In this document: positions 11,685 to 23,149 of the stretch, piece by piece
Layout: each line of letters starts with the position of its first letter
Numbering within the stretch: position 1 is the first letter of the stretch
Assembly (NCBI RefSeq): GCF_004010195.1
Contig: NC_057718.1
Location: forward strand, 35,540,161 to 35,591,199
Direction: 5' to 3'
Origin: Chiloscyllium plagiosum
Lineage: Eukaryota
Length of the DNA stretch: 51,039 bases
Made by a program: the position numbers and the translations under genes
The notes under the pieces: generated by a model
Seen by the model: the letters and a program-made list of their open reading frames with translations, nothing else
The model's database searches: none
Told to the model about the DNA's origin: nothing

Positions 11685-12645
11685 AATAGGAGCAGAAGTG
11701 GGTCGTTCAGCCCTTTTGAGGATGATCATCCTATTCAGTACCCTGTTCCCACTTGCACCCCATACCCTATGATCCCTTTAGCCCAAGAGCTAAATGGATT
11801 TCCTTCTTGAAAACATTCAAACTTTTTGCCTCAAACCATAGAAACCCTACAGAGTGGAAGTATTTGGCCCATCAAGTCCACACCAACCCTCTGAAAAGCA
11901 TCTCACCCAGACCCACCTACCCTATATTTCCCATGGCTAATCCACCTAGCCTGTACATTCCTGGACACTATGGTGCAGCATGTGCAATCCATCCAACCTG
12001 CATATCTTTGGATTGTGGGAGGAAACCAGAACACCTGTAGGAAACCAACACTGACACAGGGAGAATGTGCAAATTCCACACAGACAGTTGCCTGAGGCTG
12101 GAATTGAACCCAGTTCCCTGGTGCTGTGAGGCAACAGTGCTAACCACTCAGCCACCATGCCACTCCTCACTTCCACTGACTGGGAATTCCAAGGCTCACC
12201 ACTCTCTGAGTGAAGAACTATGTTCTCATCTTGGTCCTAAATAGCCATCCTGTATCCTTAGACCAGGACCCCTGCTTCTAGACTCTGCAGTTATTGAGAA
12301 TATCGTTCCTGCATTTATCTTGTCTGGTCTGTAAGAATTACATAGAATTCTATGAGAATCACCCCCTGTCCCCAACTATTTTAAACTCCAGTGACTATAG
12401 CCCTATCTGATCCAATCTGTCTTCATACGTCAGTTCTGCCATAGCAGCAATCAGCCTGGTAAACCTTTGGTGCACTCCCTTCAGAACCAGAACATCCTTC
12501 CTCAGAGAAGAAGACCAAAGCTGCGCACAATACTCGGATGTGGTCTCACCAAGGTCCTGCTCGATTGCTGCTCCCATACTCAAATCCTCTCACTCTGAAG
12601 GCCAACATACCATTTGCCTTCTTCACAGCTGCTGCACCTGCTTCT
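11685..12645 (-). mobile_element. CR1 3' fragment interrupted by an HE1-type SINE
   Basis: Minus-strand ORF remnant EYCAQLWS..LRKDVLVLKGVHQRFTRLI; the 3' UTR lies at about 11685-11832. Confidence 0.75.
11835..12160 (-). mobile_element. Near full-length HE1-type tRNA/V-SINE
   Basis: Minus strand reads GGCATGGTGGCTGAGTGGTTAGCACTG (A box) ... GGGTTCAATTCC (B box), then the V-domain and a CR1-like 3' tail. Confidence 0.88.
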
Positions 12646-13494
12646 TTACTTACAGAGGGACGGGAAATGAGATGTGCCAGCCTTAGGCACGTTTCTGCCC
12701 AATTCTTTATGCTCAATTTTCATCTGGTAGCATTTTGTGTGCTACAGTGTGCATTTCATGTCAAATCTTCAGTAAGGGCTTGCGATGTTTACATGGATAC
12801 CTGGCACAACTTCACAAGTTTCATCCTTAGGGCTTTTCTTCTGTTTATTCAAAAAGTGTTGCAAAGACAAAAAGGAAATCCCACGTGCATTGGAGTAGTT
12901 TTTTTCCTTCCACACTTCCAGTCAGTTTTTCACACTCCATTATTAATTTTTCAATCATTCTGAATTGTTCATTCATTGTCTTGAGAGTTTTTTTTTTAAC
13001 TTACTCATTGCACAAGTCTATTTTAAAATATCCCAAATAAACAAATCAATTTTTTTCTACAAAGTCACCTGAAAGGCACTTAAGTCTGTGATCTGATATC
13101 TGGAGTGTCCTTGGCCAGGCAAGCTGGAAGATTAAATAGAGATGCTCTCCTTCTGTTTCACCTCTCACTGGACTTTCCACTAATGGTCTACAATATGTGA
13201 CTCATATCTGGTTGAATATTGTGATGAATCCTTTTTTTCTGCTGTATCGATTCATGCTGCAGGAGCCAAAATTCAGTGAACATTGCACCATTAGGAGTCG
13301 ACGCAATTCAAAAGATGCTATATTTGACTTCCAAAGTATTAGTTATGTTCAATTCTGCCTAGCAACAGGATCTGTTGCAGATGTTTCAATAGGTCACTCA
13401 GGACAGTTCAGGGTTCACTGAAGAGGAGTCTGAAAGGTGACCAGCAAGGAGACTAGAAGACAGTGTGGGAGTGATGGAAAAGGAGATTCCATGT

Positions 13495-13623
13495 TAGATG
13501 TCATATCAGACTTGAAACATTACCTCTGTTTCTCTCTCTGCAGATGTGGCTACCCCTGCTGAGTTTCTCCAGCATTTTCTGTTTTATTTCAAATTTGCAG
13601 CATCTGCAATATTTTGCTTTTAT
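13495..13623 (+). mobile_element. Old PLE pseudo-LTR-like repeat (family D)
   Basis: GAAACATTACCTCTGTTTCTCTC...CAGATG...CCTGCTGAGTTTCTCCAGC...CAGCATCTGCA, related to 42780-42950 and 47143-47457. Confidence 0.6.
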
Positions 13624-14748
13624 CCATGTTAGGCAGGACTGCTAAAGCAGTTGAAACTACATGGGTTCTGTGTACTGCTGTGTCATGAAGTCCTAAAGGA
13701 GTTGAATACCTGTGTTTTGAGGCCTCAGGGAAGACCTCGAAGCTCTGTAAGGCCTGCACACAATTAATATTTAGTCCATTGAACTTCATGGGCTCTGCTT
13801 ATTTGGGTACATAGAAGTCAGAGAGCAGTTGGATACCTCTGCGTAGCGAGGACCCAGAGAGGTTCTAGGAGCTGTGAAGGGCTGAAAAGAAGCCAATCCA
13901 CAATTAGTTCAGCACAGCAGAGAGTGGACGTTTGAAATTCCACTGTATTTGTTTTGTGCAACTGAGCAAAACTGGAGCTCAGGAAAATCCAATGGCAGGA
14001 TCGGCTTGGTGAAGCTCACTGTTTGTGAAAAGCTGGAGTTGTGCTGTGAGTAAATGTTGGAGTGCAGTTTTCAAGAGATGGGCTGAGATGGAGGTTGAGA
14101 TCACTGAGGAGTTGTTCAGTGCAGCAGTGAGAGATTCTAGGTGAGATTTGGGAAGCAGTAAAATGAAGATTTTAAAGAAGAGTGGGTGAAACAATACAAG
14201 GCCTTGGAGGAGGAGAAGATGCAAACCAAGTAGAGAAAGAAAACCAAGGCGTGACATGGTGATGGTTGTCACTCTACCAATGAATGGTGATAGGAAATGT
14301 AAATAAATGAAAAAGCATTGTGATATTAGAATATACTTACTGAGTCATGAAATGTGCCTTTGAATTCTGCTGGGACACTACAATATTCACGAACATAAAT
14401 TAACCATGGGCTGTAAGTCTCACTTTGACCACCTGAGGGCGCTCTTGCTATTCTACAGTCACATGAACTTTGAAATGGCTTGTGTTTTAAGCAACTCCTC
14501 TGCTTGACTGAGTTGGAATGATTTCAAGCCATTCCCAAACACTTGACTGTATTTTGTATGCAGTTGATTTATTTTGTTTCAGCAGAGATTGGATTTGGAG
14601 ACTAGAAAGTCACGCGTTCACAAGTGCTCATTGGCCTTAACAGTGTGTCACGAGGGTATAATATATTTTTTTTATATATGACAGATCACAACCAAGCATA
14701 ATCATAACTTTTACGTAAAGATGGCTCTTCAATTATTCTCTTTTTCAG

Positions 14749-14831
14749 GAGGGTAAATCTGTTGTGGTGATCGATGGCAAGACTACCAAACTTACTGCTG
14801 GAGATAGCTTTCTCGTCCCATTAAATACTAA
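14749..14831 (+). CDS. HAAO: HAAO internal exon (presumed exon 9): EGKSVVVIDGKTTKLTAGDSFLVPLNT(K)
   Basis: TTCTCTTTTTCAG acceptor and GTAAGT donor; 83 nt, phase 0-2. Matches human [28 protein letters not shown]. Confidence 0.93.
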
Positions 14832-15044
14832 GTAAGTGTATATACTGAAGACAGTTAGGTCTGTAAAATTATAAGAGTCACAGTATCACAAACTAGAGAA
14901 AACAGACCTCTCAGTTGCATTTCTACTGGTTCATTATTCCTGCACCTCCTGCTACAAAAATAATCGACCATGGAAGTGGAAAGTGAGCTTAGTGAGATGT
15001 GATGGCGGTGGTGATTTTATGTAATTATGTTTTGGGTATTAAGA

Positions 15045-15188
15045 GGAGAAAGTGAGGGCTGCAGATGCTAGAGATCAGAGCTGAAAATGTGTTGCTGGAA
15101 AAGCGCCGCCTTATGCCCGAAACATTGATTCTCCTGTTCCTTGGATGCTGCCTGACCTGCTACGCTTTTCCAGCAACACATTTTCAGC
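15045..15188. mobile_element. Short internally inverted PLE pseudo-LTR insertion (family A)
   Basis: Inverted repeat AGCTGAAAATGTGTTGCTGGAAAAGCG / CGCTTTTCCAGCAACACATTTTCAGCT. Perfect 14-bp TSD TTTGGGTATTAAGA at 15031-15044 and 15189-15202. Confidence 0.85.
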
Positions 15189-15714
15189 TTTGGGTATTAA
15201 GACCCAAGTTCACCCCATCTTCAGTTAAGACTCTCCAGGAGCCAGTTAAAGACCATTTGAAGGGCCCCATCTGCCTAGTCTGCAATTAATTTGGCCTATC
15301 TGATGGTTAATCAATGAGAGCAACTGATGGGGATGTCCCTCATAATGTTTGCACAATGGAAGGGCAGAAGTTAGGGAAGGGGGCCGTCTGCAGACAGTCA
15401 GTCAGATCTTGCCCTAATTTTCTGACTCCTCACTCCCTCCTTTTGACCCCTAACCCAAGAATCCTTCCCCATCCCTCTCAAAAATATTGACTTTTCCTAT
15501 GGGAATCTGATGTGAGAGGCACAGAGCTGCTGGCCGTCAATGGGCTAGCAGCTCTTGGCAGCTAACATTTCCTTCTTGCAGGTCCTAATTCCTGTAGCTC
15601 ACTGGCAACCAATCAGCTGCCTGATTGTGAGAAGATCCGACAGGCTTCCCCACCTTCGCAGGCCTCAGCTTTCTCTTGTCCAAACTCTCCCACTTTCAAA
15701 CTTAGTCCACCGGA

Positions 15715-16050
15715 TAGTCCGTGTCTTTTTCCCCAGGATGGGAATGTCAGTTATTAGGGGACATGGGATTAAGGTAAAAGTAGAAAGTTTAAAGGAGTTG
15801 TGAGAGACAGGTTTTTTGCACAGAAGGTGATAAATGTCGAGAATGCACTGCCAGAGGAGGTGATAGAAGCAGATACAGTTGCACTGTTTAAACATTTAAG
15901 AGGCATCTTGATGGATACATGAACAGGCAGGGAATAGAGGAATACAGACTGCAGAGAGGCGAAAGGTTTTTACTTTTGAAAGGCTGATTTAATGTGTTGG
16001 TGCAGGCGTGGTGGCCTGTTCCTGTGCTGTATTGTTCTTTGTTCTTTGAG
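15715..16050 (+). mobile_element. CR1 3' end fragment
   Basis: FFPRMGMSVIRGHGIKV-type C-terminal ORF2 remnant plus 3' UTR. Confidence 0.75.
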
Positions 16051-16180
16051 ATCAGTCAACTCCTGCAATTTCCTGCTCTCCATGTTCCAGAAATAAAAAG
16101 CAATCTGCTGTATTCTCAGCACTGAAATAAAGAATGCATGTTCATTTCATTTCAACCTTTCTATCTTTTCTTTATGCAAG

Positions 16181-16262
16181 ATATATTTGGAAAAGAGCTG
16201 AAGGAACAATTGCACTTTGTGTCATACAGGATCCAGCCCTGAAGAAATCCTATGTTAAATAA
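16181..16262 (+). CDS. HAAO: HAAO last coding exon: (K)YIWKRAEGTIALCVIQDPALKKSYVK*
   Basis: Long pyrimidine tract with AAG acceptor at 16178-16180; TAA stop at 16260-16262. Matches human [25 protein letters not shown]. Confidence 0.92.
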
Positions 16263-16680
16263 CAATCCTGCAGGCTCAGCATTATCCTCACCTGTCTCAT
16301 TCATTGCACATGTAATTGTTGGAATAATTTGAAGTGAATCCTCTCATTTATTATAATTACTTTTTTTAAAATTTTGGATAAAGAATGAATCACAGGTTAA
16401 AAGAATGAAAATCTTTAGATGTTCTAAATACAGATACATGGGAGAGGGGCTAAAAAAAGGCCCTCCATTGGTCATTATATGAGCTGAATCTGAAGAATAA
16501 GCTGCTGTGGCTCTGAGACATTTGACTTGTGCTGGAATGTGATCTGAACTTGATCAACAAAATCCAGGCAATTATTGTTTTTTAATGTAATAATGCAATA
16601 GTTAGTAATTAATCAGTGTGGTTTGCATTATGTATCAATAATAAGAGGAAATTCAACTGATTGTGATACACAACAACTTA

Positions 16681-16686
16681 AATAAA
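16681..16686 (+). terminator. Candidate HAAO polyadenylation signal
   Basis: AATAAA about 420 nt after the HAAO stop, in AT-rich unique sequence before the next repeat. Confidence 0.4.
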
Positions 16687-16939
16687 AATATCATTCGTAC
16701 AATGCTCGATCCTTCTTGCAAGCAGTGATTCGAAACCAAGCACAGGTTTGACCAGAAGCAAGTTTGGAATGCAGAGGAGATACAAAGTGCAGATTTCTAT
16801 AATTTTTATATTAATTTTTACAATGAATTTGTGTTTATTCTAATGTTTAAGTCACAAAGTGTAATCAAATTCGGGAAATAGAATAGGAAACTGGGAGGTG
16901 TAAGGCTGAGGTAATTCAGTGCCACTGCTGAATAATTAC

Positions 16940-17490
16940 AGTTCGCTGAGTCAGTTGATTTTCTTGCAAATGTTTTGTCTCCCTCCAGAGTGACACCTTC
17001 AGTGCTGTGAGGCCTCCACATGAAGCGCTGTCATTGTGATTCTGCCCTGAATTTATACGGTTCTGTCTGTTGTGGGCAGGTGGTTCTACTTCCAGTTTTG
17101 TAAAGTAGTGGTCTGTAGATGGGGTCTATTACAACATGTTTGTCTAAGGAACCAGTGAATAAATACCAGGCCTCCAGGAATTCCCGAGTTTGTCTTTGTT
17201 TAGCCTGTCTCAGTATCGTGACGTTGCCTCAATTGAATTGGTGTCCTTCATTGTCAGCGTGTACTAATATAAGGGAGGACTGGTCATGTCGTTTTGTTGC
17301 AAGCTGATGCTCGTGTATTCTGGTGGCGACTGCCTGTCCTGTGTAATGTTTCTCGCAGTTGCTGCATGGTATTTTATATATCACATTCATCCTGCATGTT
17401 GTGGGTATGGGGTCTTTTGTCCTGGATAGTAGCTGGTGAAGTGTGGCTGCTGTTATTATTCCCAGAGGACATAAAAGTCTTGTGGAACAA
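16940..17490 (-). mobile_element. Penelope-like element 3' fragment (GIY-YIG endonuclease plus pseudo-LTR)
   Basis: NVIYKIPCSNCEKHYTGQ...RIHEHQLATKRHD GIY-YIG motif. Decayed hammerhead at 16966-17005 (GCA-CUGAAGG...AAAA-CAUU-UGC). Confidence 0.85.
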
Positions 17491-17509
17491 GTACTTGATG
17501 TCTCTGCCC

Positions 17510-17750
17510 TCATCAATCCTTTTCATTACTCCTTAAAAAATCTCAAGTTAGTGAGAAATGTTTTCCCACACACAAAGCCATGTTGACGATCCCTAATCAG
17601 TCCTTGCCTTTCCAAATGTAGGTAAATCCTATCCCTCCAGACTCCCTCCAACAACTTGCCCACCATCACTGTCAGGCTCACTGGTCTATAGTTCGCTATA
17701 GACCTCTTTTCTTAAATAGTGGCACCACATTAACCAACCCCAGTCTTCCA
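17510..17750 (-). mobile_element. CR1 internal fragment
   Basis: Reverse complement of the NYRPVSLT...GLIRDRQHGFV region. Confidence 0.75.
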
Positions 17751-17899
17751 GCCGCTTGCTGAGATATCTTGCTGTTGTCTTGATGCCATTCCTGGCAACT
17801 GAACTAGTACAGTGCAAAAAGAAGCCATCTGGATAATAGTATCTGCATTTTGGATTTGTGACAATCTCCTGCCTTTTCCCCATAACCCTGAACATTTGT

Positions 17900-18905
17900 G
17901 GCAGGAGTCAGAGGATGGTGATAGAAGGCTGTTTATGTGACTGGAGGCTAGTGTCCAGTAGTTCACCAGAGGGTTTGGTGCTGGGTCCCTTATTGTTTAT
18001 GTATATAACAAATAATGCAGATGAGAACTTGGGGGAGAACGATAAGTAAGTTTGCAAATTACATGAAGATTGCCTGGGAGGTAGAAGGTCTTAACTTGCA
18101 GAAGAATATAAACAGATTGGTCAGTTGTGCAGATCAATGGAATTTAACCGTAAGTATGAGGTGATGTACTTTGGAAGACGTAACAAGACAAGAGAGTACT
18201 CCATGAATGGCAGGAAACCAGGAAGCTCAGAGGAACAGAAAGATCTTAGATTATTTGCCTACAGATTCCTGAAGGTGGCAGGACAGATTCTTATGGCAGT
18301 TAAGGCATACAGGACACTTCCTTTTGTCAGTGGAGGCAAAGATTATAAGATCAGGCAGGTAATGATGGAGCTGTACAGAATCTTGGGTAGGCCACAGCTG
18401 GAGTAATATGTGCAGTTCTGGAAGGATGTGTTTTCACTGGAGGAGGTGCAGAAGAGATTCACAAGAATTATTGCCTGTTTTGGAACAGTTTAGCTATGAC
18501 GAGAGGCTGGATAAGCTCAGGTTGTTTCTTTTTAGCAGAGAATCTTGAGGGGAAGAGTGTTCTGGAGATGTATAAGTTTATGAGAGACATGGATAGAAAG
18601 CAGCTATACCCCTTAGTTGAAGGGTTAATAAAACAGCATCATAATTTTCAGGTGAAAGGACATTTCAAGGGGATTGGAGCAGACAAATTTTCACTAAGAG
18701 GGTGATGGGACTCTGGAACACACAGCCTGGAATGGGTAATTGATCAAGTAACCTCACAACCTTTAAAAAATATTTGGATGAGCACCTGAAATGTCATAAC
18801 ATTCAAGGCTATGGCCCAGTGCTAGAAAGTGGGATTCGTGTAGATTTAGGGTCGCTTTGCAATACAGACTTGATATACTGAAGGGCCTGTTATGCACTCG
18901 ATAAT
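17900..18905 (+). mobile_element. Decayed CR1 LINE
   Basis: SQRMVIEG...GLVLGPLLF and ELYRILGRPQLE motifs; 3' UTR remnant. Confidence 0.8.
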
Positions 18906-19289
18906 TCAACCTGAATTGAAATTTGAAAGATATTTACGAATGATATGAGGTTTCCTAATGAGGGAACTTCCTCTGTTTTGTTCACTCGAGGTATTAGATA
19001 ACAAGGGTCAAAATCCTGGCCTTTCCTTCCTGACAGCTTTGTGTGTGTATCTACAACAAATGGGATCACATTGGCCTGAGAAGGCAGTGTGCACCATCAC
19101 CTTGTAAAGGGCAATTAGGGATGGACACTCTTTTGGTTTCAGACAGCAGGTAATAAAGCTCACGACAACAGTCTGTCTTTCACTGGCTTCATTAACAGCA
19201 CTGCAGTGATACAGCCAGGCTACAGTTAACCCCAACCAGAGAATACTGCTCGTTGTTAGAATATGTCTAATGAATCATCTTCTGTGACT

Positions 19290-19900
19290 GTGTCATGACT
19301 GAAGAATCTAAAGTGGGATCAGCTCAAGCACTAGCAGTTCCAATGGTTGTAGTTGGTGTTAGGAAATCTTCTGCAGCCTGTGGCCATGTTCTGTGCAGGC
19401 TGGATGTTGTGAATCCAATTGCTGAATCCAATTTCAGTCTCCATATAGGCTGCTCAGCCGCATTGAGTTCTCTAGAAAGAGTAGTCTGTAATGCAGATGC
19501 TGTTCTCTTTATGTCCCCTCATAACATTTGTACTAACAATCCTGATGTTGGTTACATGGGAATAGTTCCCATTGAAAGTCCAGTTGGGGATTCTGTAATC
19601 ATCCATGTAGGAGATATGGTCTGCTCACCTCAGTTGAATCTTCTAGATGGTGGTCTCCATGCTGTTGAGCCCAGTATGAAGGCAAGCCCAATCACTGGTG
19701 AACTTGTTGTGCTGTCAAATTTTCAGCAAGGCCCTCAACTGTGTTTACTGGAAGGGTCCCAGAGCTTTGCTCTGGTCCTATATCAGAACTAGGATTCTGC
19801 ACCATGCAGCTAGGTGGGAAGGACAAACCAGTCTGATAGAATTTGATTTTAACTTTCAGCTTAATGCCATGCTGCACCAGGCACAAGCAGAAATAATACT
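19290..19900 (-). mobile_element. Decayed RTE-clade LINE C-terminal fragment
   Basis: Minus-strand frames give QHGIKLKVKIKFYQ, VLPT*LHGAES and KIQLR*ADHISYMDDYRIP, resembling the RTE motifs LPTLLYGAE and QLRWAGHVxRMxDxRIP. Confidence 0.75.
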
Positions 19901-19976
19901 GTTTGGATTTTGAGCATAATTATGTGTGACACAGAAACAGGACATTCAACCCAACCAGTTCATGTTGGTGTTTAGA

Positions 19977-20810
19977 TCATAAGACCATAAGATATAGGAA
20001 CCGGAATTAGGCCATTCAGCCCATCGAGTCTGCTCCCCATTTGATCATGGCTGATGATCAACTCCAGTTTCTGCGCTCTCCCCATAATCCTTGATTTCTT
20101 TACTAATCAAAAACCCATCTATTTCAGTCATAAACACTCTTAACCTCTTAGCAATGAGTTCCACAGATTAACCACCTTTTGGTGAAGAAATTCTTCATTA
20201 TCTCAGTGCTAAAGGATCGTCCCTTCACCCTGAGGCTGTGCCCTGGGTCCTAGTCCCTCCTAAGACTGGATACATGTATGCTCCACTGGATTTTGCTCTC
20301 ATCATTCCTTATCTACCACTGTAACCTTCTATTCTCTTCTCCCTCTTCCCTCTGTTTAGCTTTCCCTCCTAAGTGCTTCAATACTATTCCATTTAACCAC
20401 TTTCCGTGATGGAGAGCTCCACATTTTCCAATTAAAGAAGATTCTTCACAATTCCATATTGGACGTCTTGGTCAATATCTTGTACTGATGCTGTCCAGTT
20501 ATGCTCTCCCCACACCCCACCCCACCCCTGCCCCCAAAAGAAAACATTCTCTCAGTATCCTCTCTATTAAAACCTTTCTTCATTACAAAAACCTTTAATA
20601 GGCCTTCACTTCCGAAACAAAAAGGTAAACACATCTTGTCAATCCTTTCCTGATCTGTAAACCCAGATATTTCTAGTAACATCATTGTAAATGTTTGCTG
20701 CAACTTCTCAAGTTCATCAACATCCTGGTATGATTACCAGAACCGGACACTGTACTCTAAGTGTGGTTTAACCAAGATTTGGTACCAGTTGAGGATAACA
20801 TCCCTATTCT
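19977..20810 (-). mobile_element. Nested CR1 3' fragments
   Basis: CATAAGACCATAAGATATAGGA tail and reverse-complement CR1 ORF2 C-terminus. An older copy continues to about 20810. Confidence 0.7.
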
Positions 20811-21199
20811 TCTCTCCTACAGTTCTGTGCCTCTAGACATGATATGAGACTCATTAACATATACCTACATTTCAGAACACGAAGTTCCACTGGGACAAAT
20901 TCTCCAAACATATTCAATTTCAGGTAAAACACACAGCAGTCCAGGAACAAACTGACAATTTGAACCAGATTTACAGTTGTGATATTGTAATCATTAATTG
21001 GAAGTAAGAGAGATGCTGTGAGATACACATTAAGTCTCGTAATTGATGTGATGAACAAACTGCATTTGTGTTTGGTGAACCCAGGACTGTTACTTTTCCT
21101 GGATTCCAAGGTTAGGAAAGACATTCTGGAAGATCTGGGGAGTTGGAACTTCTCCCTGAGGGTGATGTTAAGGATGAGAACTGAAATAAGCTAAAGGTT

Positions 21200-21830
21200 C
21201 TATCCTAGATGTCATTCAGAACAAAACCCAATTCTGCCTCAAACATATGATTTAGCTTGTGTTTCAACCTGATACTGAGACAGGTTGTTTGCTATCTTAG
21301 TGTCCCATATAAACATCCAATCCCATATCTAGTCTATTACCAAGGCAGCCTTCTTCTCTCTTCATGATGCCACCCTTCTCTGCCCAACTCTGCCCTCATT
21401 TGCTGCTGAAATCATATCATCTTTGCTATGGCTTAACTATTACAATTTATCCACAAATATGAGTTCACCCAGAACTCTGTTTCCTGCATCCTACTCACAT
21501 CAAGTCCATTTCTCCAGTACCCTGTGCTTGCTTTCTCTATTGCCTCATCCTTCACTACTTCTGTAGTCTTTTCCAGTCCCATTAATGACCAGGTTCTCTT
21601 CCCTTATGATTGTTCCACCATTGAACAGCAAGCCCTTAACGGGCACAATTCTAAGCTCTGGAATTTCCTCCCTAAATCTCTTTGCTTTGTTACTCCTACT
21701 TCAAGGTGCTTTTTAAAACCTGCTTCTTTGACAAATAATTTGGCTACTATTTCTGAAGCAACCCATGCAAGTTGTTGTCAAATTTTAGGACATTTCATTA
21801 TGTTATATAAGTACAAGTTGTTGTTGTAAA
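21200..21830 (+). mobile_element. Decayed L2-clade LINE 3' end
   Basis: KLWNFLP motif; ends ...TATATAAGTACAAGTTGTTGTTG, typical of an L2 tail. Confidence 0.65.
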
Positions 21831-22504
21831 AAGTGAGTTTAGAGGAAAGGAATCATCTAAAGGAGTTTATGAAAAGATAAAGCCTTGCAATAAACTTGGA
21901 AAAGCTACCCTTTAGTATTTATTAAAGAAAGAAGAAAGCAGTCTTAAGGGAAACCAAGTAGTGGCTTGTTTTTATTGAAATAAATAACTATATTTTACGG
22001 AATATCAAGTGTACAGAATGGAGAATAGTCTAGACTTAAACTACCACCACCAAGCACTCTGTGTCCTTTATAAACATTTACATATTTAAAATGCCTTAAC
22101 AACTTATCATATTGTGTCTAGCCTCTTTCTGATCATACACTCCATAAATATATTGAGTTTTGGGTCTAAGAACATCCCCAGAGTCAGTAAGACTTCACAT
22201 AAATCCTTTATTGTATTGTGTTCAAGTGGATGAGTAGACAAACAGAAAGGAGCTATGACTTCCAATTTAAGCCACTTGCAGTATAATCATCATGCTGTGA
22301 CCTTTTGAACTTTACAAATAATGAATTGATAATGCAGCAATTTCAGTCTTGTCTTCATTGAGTTCAAACACATTGCCACAGGATCAATGGCAAGTCAGTG
22401 GGAGATTTATCAGGGCTCTCTCAAAACACTCAGTTTGAGACCAGTAATGATATTCATTAATAAAACTGGATTTACTTTATTCACTCATGCAATGTGGACA
22501 TCAC

Positions 22505-22800
22505 TGGCTTCTTCTTTGACAAAGCCCCTTAGGATTGAAGGTGACTTGCTTCTATTCTGAGTGGGTGTGGGTTCTGCGGTGGCTGCTTAATCCAATTCTG
22601 GAGCTGCAAACTCTGCTACAAAAGGGACTGGTGGTATTTGAAAGGGGGAAGGCGGGTGAGACTCTCTAGATTCTGAGCACTGTTTTCACTACTTGCACTT
22701 GGCATTCAAATTCTCCACTTGCTAATGCTCAAAGTGGTTGGTGCTTTCACAGATGCTTCTTCTCCAATTGTGCATTCTAGGGCAAGCCAGTCCGACATGT
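22505..22800 (-). mobile_element. RTE-clade LINE 3' end
   Basis: Minus strand encodes CSRVCSSRIGLSSHRR, the RTE C-terminal C..SRIGL.SH motif. Confidence 0.7.
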
Positions 22801-22874
22801 TGCTAGGGCAATTGTGTTTATTTAGGTGGGACTTTAGTATTAATATTCGTTAATAGGGTAGGATTTTCTTTATG

Positions 22875-23130
22875 GAGTCATACAGCATGGAAACAGACCC
22901 TTTGGTTCAACCAGTCCATGTCGATCATAATCCCGAACTAAACTAGTCCCACCTTCCTGCAGTTGGCCCATATCTCTCCAGACATTTCTTATTCATGGAC
23001 ATATCCAAATGTCTTTTAAACACTGTAGCTCTACCTGCAACCACCACTTCCCCTGGAAGTTCATTTCACACACGAACCACTGTCTGTAAAAAAAATACTG
23101 CCCCACATGCCTTTTTAAAATCTTTCTCTT
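22875..23130 (-). mobile_element. CR1 (HER1-like) 3' end
   Basis: GAGTCATACAGCATGGAAACAGACCC... is the reverse complement of the CR1 3' UTR seen at 24830-25050. Confidence 0.8.
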
Positions 23131-23149
23131 AAATAAATCCTTTCTCTTA

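Noticed and set aside
12090..12160. tRNA-like A/B box sequence (also at 3585 and 25600)
   Set aside because: These are heads of HE1-type SINEs continuing into the V-domain; they do not form a complete cloverleaf.
14582..14610. DWIWRLE-like peptide after an AG, a candidate HAAO exon
   Set aside because: The better-matching exon with correct phase and splice sites is 11303-11368.
19295..19792. 165-aa + strand ORF
   Set aside because: It is antisense to a decayed RTE LINE and has no recognisable domain.
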